56,926 bases of DNA from Saprolegnia diclina VS20 (taxonomy: Eukaryota). Positions within the stretch are counted from its first letter, which is position 1. Each line of letters begins with the position of its first letter. Below are positions 47,513 to 56,926 of this stretch, one piece after another. The stretch covers positions 681,205 to 738,130 of the forward strand of contig NW_008246085.1 in NCBI RefSeq assembly GCF_000281045.1, in the 5' to 3' direction. The notes beneath the pieces were generated by a model that saw only the letters and a list, made by a program, of their open reading frames with translations, made no database searches and was not told the origin of the DNA. Position numbers and translations under genes: made by a program.

Positions 47513-50500
47513 ATGACACGGCAGCGCGTGCCGCAGGACCCCCTCCGGGGCATGGAGGTCCATGTGCAGAAGGTCTTGGACTCGGCGCGTCAAGCTGCGC
47601 TCAAGCGCTACAAAGGGCCGGCGGCGAAGAAGCCGCCGTTGCTCGCGCACGCAGCATGGAAGTGCCACGCCGCCCTCGACGCGCTGCGCAGGTCCTCGTC
47701 GTCCGAGCATAGGTACATACATACCTGTATATTCTCTACGCTGACCGCTGGCGCTGATCTCGCAACATTTCGACAGTGTCGATGACAGCTGCGCCGTGCA
47801 GCCCGTCTCGGCAGACGTCCTCAACCGAGAAGCGACCGAGGACGAAGCTGCCTACGCCCAGCGCGTCGAACGCCGCATTAAGCGATATGCGCAGCACTAC
47901 TCGCACGGTCTTGACGCCATCAGCAGTCGCAGAGGCACGACGAAGAGCACAGCATTGATCGACGCCGCCGTCCATCTGCAGACCTCGTGCCGTCACACGA
48001 ACGACGCGGGCGCGTCCATCGGCGTCGCGGTGCTCAGCCGCAGCGGCAACCTCTACACGGCAGCAACGCAGGCTCCGAGCCTCGGCGTGTGCCCCGAGCG
48101 GCTAGCCCTCCTCAAGCTCGCGTCCGAAGAGAGCGAGAGCGGTGTCGACGGCGTCGCAATCAGCTCGTCCGACGCGCTCTTCTTCCCGTCGCCGTGCGGC
48201 GACTGTCGGCAGTTGATGGCGCAGTTCGGTGATTTTCCCATCTACCTCATCCGCAAGTCGCTCGAGTACGAGCGGACAACGGCGTTTGCGCTCTTTCCGC
48301 AGGCTTTGCAGCAGCCGCACGTACTGCCATCAGCCCATCCTGCGCCGACGACCACCTGGTCGCATGCCCGGTCGCAGATGCGGCCCCGCGCGCAGATGCA
48401 AGCGCGCGACTGGGGTCCCGACCACGTTCTCGACTGGCTCATCGAGGACGTGGGTCTGCCCGAGTACGCCCATGTGTTTCAAACGCACGGCGTGGACGGC
48501 GCGATGCTGCAGTATCTGCAAGAGTCGGACCTCGAGTTCCTCCTCCGCATCACCAACGTACTCCACCGGAAGCGCATCAGTCTCTGCTTGGACCGTCTCC
48601 GTGCTGCAGGTACACTGAGATTCCTCGTGATTTGAGATGGAGTGTCAGTAGATGCATCCGATGGCGTTGCCTTTGCTCAGCTCGACGACTACCTCGCCGT
48701 GCTGGACATGGACCGCATCAACGTTCGTATTGGCATCTTTGGCGTGTTGTGGTTCACATGCTGAGGCTGTAGGTTGTCGCCAAGCTCAAGGTCGCCTTTG
48801 ACGCGGCCGACGTCAACAGCTCTGGCACCCTCAGCTTCGAGGAGATCAAGCAGGCGCTCACTCGCCTCGAGTACGCTGTCGACGCATCGGCGGTATCACA
48901 GTCAATACGACTGCAATATCTCCTTGCGCTAGTAGGTCGAACGCTGGATCCAAAGCCGCTCGACAGAGGCCCGCGTGACGTTCCCCGAGTTTGCGCTGGC
49001 GGTGGTGACGGCGTACTCCAAGTCGACGTCACTCCCCGTGCTGCCGCTGCCCAAGCTGGACGTGGCCGCGATTCGCCAGTCGTTTGAGCGCGTCGACGCC
49101 AACGGCAACGGCGTCATCGACAAGCGAGAGCTCTTGCGCGCGCTCGAACTCCTCGGGCGCAGCGACTGCGAAGCCAAGGTCGCCGACTGGTTTGCCAACG
49201 CCGACGAAGACCGGTCGGGCTCGATTTCATTTCCAGAATTTGTGCTGCGCTACACCCAGCTCCAGAATCTGGATGTGACGCCGCTCCGGAACGCCTTTGA
49301 TCGAGTGACACCGCACGGGGCGGTCTGCCCGCTGCTGCAGCTCCCACTCGTGTTTCGCGAGCTCTTTGTCCGGTACGATGGTACAGCGCTCGACCGATAC
49401 ATGGCCGCGAGGAAGGAGCAGACGACCGGACTCTCGTTCCCCGAGTTCCTCGTCATCTACCATCTCTTTGTGACCGAGCCCGAGCCCGTACGTGCGTCGT
49501 CATTTCACAGCAGCGTCAAGAGCCCGGCGCTAGGTGCAAACGACCGAGCAGGTGCATCGGTACCGCATCGTGCAGCTACAGCAGTCCGGCCACGTGCGGC
49601 TCTGCACCAAGCCTCCAGTTGCATCGAGCCCCCACAAGCCGTACGAGAATCGGGCTCATTGAAGGCTTTACGACCTGGTTTGGACATAGGAGCCAGCAAA
49701 CAAGTACGAGCGAGGCGCCGTCCAAGCTCATGCAGTTCCAGCAAGCGTACGACGACGCATCGATGCTTCACGGCGTCTCCAACACAGTAGTAGGAGGAAG
49801 CGCCGGGAAGAGACCAAGGACGACGACACCGACGAAGACGAGAGCAAGCTTGCCGACGAGGTTGCTTTGAGCGTCTGTTGCCAAGTTGACGCACGTTTCT
49901 CGCATAGTTTGCGCACGTCCACGAAGCCTTTGTCCGCTTCCGAGCCAAGCGCGTGACGACGCCCGAGGCCGTCCAGGCGCTGACCGAGCTCGGGCTCGTG
50001 CTTCCTCGGGCCCAGGTAGTTTTTTCGCTGTCGACGGTTGAAGCAGCGTGACTAGATGCTGGCTTACTTTACGAGCCATGGCTTTGGCACTGCGCGCGAC
50101 ATCTCGTATGCGGACTTGGTTCGGAGCTACCAAGCGCTTCGAATGGCGTCGCCAGCGTTCAACAAGGCGGTAGCGCGCCGCCACCACCGAGAACACCACG
50201 GCCGTACGATTGTACCTGCGTCCCACACCACTGACCTTTGTGCTGCAGATGCCAAGAGAATGCAAGCGGCTGAGGTATGCAAGTGACTCTCAGAGCACGT
50301 GACACGTTGGCGCGTAGGCGTTGCTCAACGGAGCTAACGGGAAACCGTTCACGCGCATCGAGTTTGACGCGTACTGCCGGCGCCAGCACGCAGCGCACGA
50401 GGACGACGCCAAGGAAGACGACGAGCTGCCGCCGTCCAAGCACCGCGCCGCTGAAATCGACAAGCTCTACCGCGCGCACGCGGCCCGCCGAGAAGCGTAC

Positions 50501-52357
50501 GCTGCCTACCTCGAATGCGACTGCGACGACAGTACGTAGACGCCTGCCGCCCTCGAGCGACTCGGACGAAGACTCGGACGACGACGTGGCGCCTCGGTAG
50601 GTGCTGGTTGCCAAGGTCTCGATGCGACAAGCGGTATGGGAGTAGGCGCCAGCGACGTCCAGGCGTGGAGGTCGGTGACCGCGTCGTCGACAAGACGCGG
50701 GCGCTGGGACCGGCGACGGTCATTCGTCTCTACCCGGCGTACGGTGTCTGCGACCTGCACTTGGACTCGGGGCCCAAGCGGCGCAACGTCGACGTCACGT
50801 CCCTCGTGCGCTTCCGTGACAAACCGCTCGCGTCGTTCGCGGCACCCGAGCTCTTTGCAGTTGGCGACAGCGTCAATGTGCGCTACAAGGGCACAAAGCT
50901 GTGGCGCGCCGGCGTCATCAAGAAGGTCCGGTCAACCGAACGCGCGTACGACGTCAGGTATGCGCGCGACGAGGTTGAGAAGCACGTGTCGCACCACCAC
51001 GTCCGCCGCGCTCTGGCTGCAGCGCTCGAGTCCGACGAGGTATATCGACTTCTTCCTATCGCCGAGGTGCATCGAGGTTTAGGGCCTGGTCGAAGGCGCC
51101 AAGGTCGAGGCCCGGACGCGCGAGTGCGCCACGTTCTTACCTGGTCGCATTCTCTGCGTGCGCACGAACGGCACGTTCGACGTGCGCTTCAAGCACGAGG
51201 ACGGCGCCGTCAAGGAGCGGCTGCCCAAAAAGTGGCTCCGACTGCGAGCCAAGGACGGTGACAAGGACGGAGACGACACTCAGTTTGAGGTCGGTGACGC
51301 TGTGCAGAAGCAAGCGCACGGCGCCATCCAGCGGGGCGTCGTCGCGCGCTGCCGAAGCGACGGGTCCTACGACGTCGAGTGGGACGACGGCGAGGACGAG
51401 ACGCATGTCAAGCCATCGACGCTCCAGCCGGCAGCCTCCGCGGTGGGCGCACCTACCGTCCAGCTGTGTCATTGACGGCTTTGGCATTAGCAAGCGCTCA
51501 CCATGGGCGACCTGGTGGAAGCGCGCTTTGGCGGCAAGGACAAGTACTTCAAAGGCAAGATCACCCACGTCCATAGCGATGGCTCCTACGACATTGAGTA
51601 CGACGACGGCGACGAGGAGCGTCGAGTGGACCCAGCGCTCGTGCGCCGGCGCGACCAGCCCAAGGTCGTCAAGCACCCGGTCCCTGTGCTCCAACCACGT
51701 GTCTCGTAGCTCACCAAGGGTGCAGTCGTGGAGGCTAGGTATGGCGGCAAGGACAAGTACTTCAATGGCAAGATCACCCATGTGCATGGCGACGGATCGC
51801 TGGACATCGAGTACGACGACGGCGACGAGGAGCGCCGCGTAGACCCAGGACTGGTGCGCCTGCTGCCAACGACCAAAGGGACACCTCGCAGCAAGGTGCG
51901 ATCATATCTTCGTTCAGGCGGCTTGACATGGTGTTCTAGTGGGCCAAGGGCGATCTGGTGGAAGCGCGCTTTGGCGGCAAGGACAAGTATTTCAAAGGCA
52001 AGATCACCCATGTGCACGGCGACGACTCGCACGACATCGAGTACGACGACGGCGACGAGGAGCGGCGCGTGGACCCAGCGCTGGTGCGTCTGCCAGCCAA
52101 GAGCAGCACCAAGCCCCAGGTCTGCTTCGCGTTACGATGTATCCATCTCATGCGATCCCTCCCAGTTCAAGAAGGGCGATCTCGTGGAGGCGCGCTTTGG
52201 CGGCAAGGACAAGTACTTCAAAGGCAAGATCGCGCACGTCCACAGCGATGGGTCGCTGGACGTCGAGTACGACGACGGCGACCGAGAGACGCGCGTGGCA
52301 GCGTCGCTTGTGCGCCCATCTGCTGACGCGTATGCGGACGACGACTTTGAGGAGTGA
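47513..52357 (+). CDS. Multidomain protein: cytidine-deaminase-like + SAM + EF-hands + 8 Tudor/Agenet-like repeats (~17 exons)
   Basis: CPE...PCGDCRQ (48090-48212); SAM W..DHV.DWL..VGLPEY..VF....VDG..L (48402-48602); EF loops DVNSSGTLSFEE, DANGNGVIDKRE, DEDRSGSISFPE; Tudor repeats 50660-52320. GT-AG junctions chain in compatible phases. Confidence 0.7.
51491..52320 (+). repeat. Four near-identical Tudor-encoding exons (tandem exon duplication)
   Basis: VEAR[FY]GGKDKYF[KN]GKI.HVH.D.S.D[IV]EYDDGD.E.RV x4, each preceded by a phase-0 intron (51443-51490, 51665-51709, 51896-51939, 52120-52165). Confidence 0.9.
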
Positions 52358-52413
52358 CTTAGGATGATGAATTATGCAATGGTAAACGCGTGGGCCAGCG
52401 GTGAATAGCTTAG

Positions 52414-53126
52414 TTACATGACCGCGCGGTAGGTCACGTACCGACCGGCGGTCTCGGACGGTCGGATGATCTTGACGACTTGGCCACGGGTCATGCCGTA
52501 GTATCTGCATTGAGGATAAGATCACATAATGCAAAACAATAAGTACCTCGCGATCGGGTCGCTCACTTGCATGCGCGGGAGCTGGCTGTCCTTGAGCTTG
52601 TAGCGCTTGAGGAGCGCGATCTTCTCTTCGCGCGTGAGCACCTTGTGCACGGGCACGAGCGTGTGTTCGGTGATGTCGACGAGGAGCTCCGTCTCCTTAA
52701 AGTGGTCAATCTTGTAGCGCGGCGCCATTTCGTTGAGCGCTTGCTTGGCAAAGGGCGTGATGCCATCCTAGGTGGCATGAGCGCTCGAGAAGCAGCATGG
52801 GTGGCATCTACCTGCACGATGAGGATGGCCTTGGTCACGTTCTCGTCCTTCATGCGGTTGCAGTAGGTGCGGATGGGCTTGACGCCGACCTTGGCGTCGT
52901 CCGGGTAGAAGACGAAGAGGTTGTCGCTCGGGTCGTCGACCTTCTCGACGAGGATGGTCATCATCTCGCGCGTCGGGTTCTCGCCGAACTGGGCCGCGAA
53001 GCCGTCGGTGGTGCGCTTGAGCTCGTCGTCGCTGACGATGTAGCCGCGGTTGGCGAGCATCTTGACCACGGTCTTCCGCACGCGGTACAAGCGCGAGGCC
53101 TCGGGGTTCAGCACCAGCGCGCTCAT
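52414..53126 (-). CDS. RPB5: RNA polymerase I/II/III shared subunit RPB5 (3 exons)
   Basis: [78 protein letters not shown]. Confidence 0.96.
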
Positions 53127-53916
53127 GTGTTCGATTCGTTACTGGCCATAGACCCAATCACTGGCCTTGGCAAATAACCTCTGTCTAGTGATACCTCTTT
53201 CTTTCAATTGCTTCTGAAACCTCCCACAATACATATGGCGCCACATCCGATAGAAGAGGTTGACCGCAAATGGTACGACAACGTTGACCTTGGGAATGCC
53301 AGCGTGATGCGAAATCAGTGTCCGGCGTCGATAGCCCATGTGTCCCGCGAACGCTGAACGAGGGGTCGATAAGGAAGCAGAGACCGGCGGCTTGCTTTCG
53401 TATTGACGGCCCATTTGACCCAGAGGCCGGGTGGCGGACCTGTTCTTGCGAAGGCGGTAGCTTTATCAGAACCGTCAATACCTCTCGTCCTGCTTGATTC
53501 TGCAGTCCCAGGAAGTGTCGTCCACCCGAAGAGCTATGCGCCGCGCAGTAAATGGCTCGAAAATCACCCGATCAACAGTCTCTGGGAACATTATCCGGAG
53601 CCATTGAACACACGTCGCCAGAACTCTGCAGCACCCTCGAGCAGCTCGTCGGCGCCGTTGGTCGACATGACACCGCGAAGATAGCACCGACGTCGTTGCG
53701 ACCAACGAGAAAAGTCTCGTTCTAGTTAGTGTTATTCCTTATTAATACGAGGCCCAGCGACAAGCGTCCTTGAAGGACCCCAGCCGGGAGTCTCAAGCGT
53801 GCTTTTGAGTTTCACCGCCGTTTTTGAGTTTTCATGCCAATCGGACTTAAGCGAGCACGATGGGCTATCCGGATACGGCGGCGCAGATTTCTGGACGCAG
53901 GACGCAATCGGTGGTG

Positions 53917-56134
53917 ATGTCGTTGCCGAATGACGCGGCCGCGGTGCTCGCCTTCTGGTTCGAGGGCGACCAGCAAGAGATCTACCGCACCAAGTGGTTT
54001 CCTCCGGCTGGCAGCGAGATCCAAGCGCTAACGGACAAGCGCATCTCGGAGACCTTTGGCCCGCTCCTCGCCGCCGCCGAGCGACGCGAGCTGCATGCCG
54101 ACTGGTGCGCGTCGCGCGAAACGTTCGTGGCACTCATCGTGCTGCTCGACCAGTTCTCGCGCCATGTGCACCGCCACGACGCCGACAAGCGCGCGGCCAA
54201 CGACGTCCTCGCGCTGGCGCTGGCCGAAGCCTTTGTCGCCGCTGGCCACCACGAGACGGTGCCGACCAACTACTTTGTGTTCGCGCTCATGCCCTTTCGC
54301 CACACACCAACGCACGCGCGCCTCGCGTCCGTCCTCGAGCACATTGATCGCCGTGAGGTAGACTTCAAGTCCGAATATGGTCCATCATCACTCGCTCGCG
54401 TAGGCGCTGCTCGCAGAGCACACGGACATTCTGTCCAAGTTTCGTCGGACGACCGTGCAGCGCCAAGCGCACTTGCGCCCTGCGTCGACAGCTTGCGTGA
54501 CCAACGCCGACGGCGAGGACGAGTTTGACATTCTCGAGCGCGCGGCCTTCCTACACCCGGACGAAGACAAGCTGTTGCCCAAGCACGTGCTGACGCCGCT
54601 CATGCACAGCTTCCTCAGCGCGATGGACGCAGGATCGCCGGTCTGCCCTGCGATTGGCATTTCGCTTTCGGGCGGCGTCGACTCGATGGTCATCGCCTAC
54701 TTGCTCGTCAAGCTGGCGCCGCGCTACAACAACTTCAAGGTGCACACGCGCCCAACGACCTTCTCTCAACCCGTCGTAGGTCGTTGCCGTGCACATCGAC
54801 TACAAGAACCGCGCCGAGAGCACGGCCGAGGCGAATTATGTCGAGGAATGGTGCAAGCCGCTCGGGTACGACGCCTACTGTGATGCGCAGCGCGTCACGC
54901 CACTTGGCCAGGATCGAATGCTACGTGCGGCGCATCGACGAGTGCCAGCGCGCGACGACCAAGCGCGAGGAGTACGAGCGCATCTCGCGCGACATTCGGT
55001 ACACGACGTACGCCGAGGTCATGGCGCGCCACAGCATTCCGGGCATGTGCGTCGGGCACCACCGCGGCGACGTCCAGGAAAACGTCATCTCCAACATGAT
55101 GAAGGGCCAGTCGCTCCTCGGGCTCAACGGCATGAGCACGTGCTCGAGTGTCAACGGCGTGCGCATCTGGCGGCCGCTCCTCGCGATCGACAAGGACGCC
55201 ATCTTTGACTTTGCCCACGTGTTTGGCGTGCCGTACATGAAGGACACGACGCCGCAGTGGAGCACGCGTGGGAAGCTCCGGCGACAGCTCATGCCGCTCC
55301 TGCACGAAATGTATGGCGCGGGTACGTCTGGCGTTGACGGTATTTTGCTGATATCAATGGCGCAGGCTACTTGAACAACCTCTCCAACCTCGGCCAGGAG
55401 GCCACCGAGTGCGCGAGCGTAGTGTTATTTTAATCTAGTATGGGTGGTGACGACGGCGCGTAGGTGCTAGAGACCATGCTGCTGGGGCCCGTGCTGCTGA
55501 CCGTGCAGCACTCGGCGCTCGCGGTGTGGATCGACTTGACGCTGCTGGCGCCGCAGCCCATGTTCATTTGGAAGGAGATTCTGCGCCGCGTGTGCCATGA
55601 GCGCATGGGTGAGCGCATGATCCGCGACAAGCCGATGCTCGAGCTCCAGCTCAAGGTCATGAAGCCCAACATGAAGGCGTCGTGGATCACGCTCAAGAAG
55701 CAGACCAAGTCGTTCATGACCGACGACCGCCAGCTCATCCTCTTCCGCGAGCCAGTCTTTCAGATCAAGGTCCCGCGCGGCCTCGAGATCCCGCTGGGCA
55801 CGACAACGCAGTGGCACAAGTGGACAATCTCGCTCTCGGTCGAGCAGCCAGCGGCGGAGCTCGTTGAGAAGCGGCTCGACATGTGGGACGTCATCCGCGC
55901 GAGCGGCGTCGAGTACCTCCTCCCGCACGCGCCCAAGTACGTACTCGACACGGAAGACCGCGACGTGTCGCTCCGCAGCATCGACAAGTGCCTCACAGAC
56001 GCCATGCCGCTCGTTGTGAACCAAGGTGTCTTCTCCGACTCGGACGCCGTCGTCCGCGTGCAGCTGCGCTACGGTTAACCTCCATTCTCCTGCGCATCGT
56101 GCTACCACTTAATCCTACAGCGAGGCAGTCGTAA
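53917..56134 (+). CDS. tilS: DUF924-like domain fused to TilS/MesJ (tRNA-Ile lysidine synthase-like PP-loop ATPase), multi-exon
   Basis: VLAFWF...KWF...ALIVLLDQFSRH (DUF924); ISLSGGVDSM, HIDYKNR, R..RY, GHH.GD..EN, IWRPLL, DTTPQWSTRGKLR. Stop at 56078, or 56134 if intron 56074-56120 is used. Confidence 0.82.
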
Positions 56135-56766
56135 ACACCCTTTCTATGGGCAATCGGCCTAGCGTCATCGCGACGAATTCGCATAGATGAGTGCATATGG
56201 CTAATACGGGTGCTCCAACCACGCGCGTCGTCTTGCTATTGTCTGATATGTGCGAATTGCGTCGCACATTGTGACAAAAGAGGGTGTCGACGATCTGAGT
56301 TGGCGTCGTATAAAATTTAGATTGGCGGTTTGTATGCAATCGCCTGACGACGAGAGTTGGATGTGCAAGAAAAACAGCCCGCCGACTAGCGGGAAAGCCG
56401 GAGCACCCAAATGCTGTCGCCCCACGACGCCGGCACGCTGCTTCAACAAACGCTCGAGTGTAGACCCAATGACCTCGGTGCTAACTCTTCTGGCCTCAGA
56501 TGAAAAGACTAAGGTTCCCTGGAGCTGCGCAGATCTCGCTACGAATGGTACGTGTGACTCCTCTTGCTTCTCCAAGTGGCGGTTGAGCCAAACGAATCCG
56601 CGTACATCAGTGTCTTTCTGCTTCGCAACGTTGCTGGTAACCAAGTAGAATGTCTTCATCATCATCGTGATAAGAAACGACGACGGCCAGAAATCGCGCA
56701 AACTGCGGCCCGTGGATTCGGTTGGGTGCCTCGTCTAATGCCTCGCCGTGCAGAGAACTCGAACTC

Positions 56767-56783
56767 TCACTTTCCTTTTTGCC
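56767..56783 (+). promoter_or_regulatory. Inr+FPR-like core promoter of the last gene
   Basis: TCACTTTCCTTTTTGCC 22 nt upstream of ATG 56805. Confidence 0.55.
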
Positions 56784-56804
56784 TTCTCAGCACCAACAAC
56801 AGCC

Positions 56805-56926
56805 ATGGCAGCCAAGCGACCGGGTGCCATGGAGCTCCAAGAACGCGTCTCGTACGTCTCGGTGACCCAAGACAAGGCCGCTGGCGAAGACTACGGCGAC
56901 GTCAAAACCCCCGGCGAGCTCGAGGG
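56805..56926 (+). CDS. 5' end of a gene, possibly a folate-biopterin (FBT) family transporter
   Basis: MAAKRPGAMELQERVSYVSV...YGDVKTPGELEG after an Inr-like element. Resembles, from memory, oomycete FBT N-termini. Truncated by the window edge. Confidence 0.45.
   Translation, partial: MAAKRPGAMELQERVSYVSVTQDKAAGEDYGDVKTPGELE

Noticed and set aside
51491..52320. Regularly spaced repeats resembling a CRISPR array
   Set aside because: Repeats are ~150-nt coding exons and the spacers are GT-AG introns; eukaryotic context, no cas genes.
53185..53360. Weak C/D-box-like words (GTGAT...CTGA) upstream of RPB5
   Set aside because: No canonical RUGAUGA box, terminal stem or recognisable guide; an Infernal/Rfam scan would be needed.

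Overview
Gene-dense (~60% GC) eukaryotic DNA with many very short GT-AG introns (~43-65 nt). The PH-domain cellulose synthase, Inr/FPR-like core promoters and overall gene content point to an oomycete, most likely Saprolegnia or a close saprolegnialean (inference). About 28 protein-coding genes can be modelled by hand-splicing. They include mito L35, PTEN, proline dehydrogenase, a PX-AGC kinase, an SLC35A transporter, TRM3, SEH1, dynamitin, EFHB, a PKD2-like channel, a NAF/CIPK kinase, PRPP synthetase, CesA, a GOLD coiled-coil protein, JMJD5, RPB5 and DUF924-TilS. There is one assembly gap. The most unusual items are: (1) a ~4.8 kb gene whose predicted exons join in frame into cytidine-deaminase-like + SAM + EF-hands + 8 Tudor-like repeats, head-to-head with JMJD5; (2) a dynein microtubule-binding-domain-like module fused to two USP domains; (3) a divergent TBP-like factor altered at two of four TATA-intercalating Phe positions; (4) a MetAP1-type zinc finger inserted in the CesA catalytic domain; (5) a cluster of small C3H zinc-finger proteins; (6) a recurrent palindromic promoter element TATCCGGATA. 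No rRNA, tRNA, CRISPR or intact transposon was recognised. All exon structures and family calls are by eye, without database searches.
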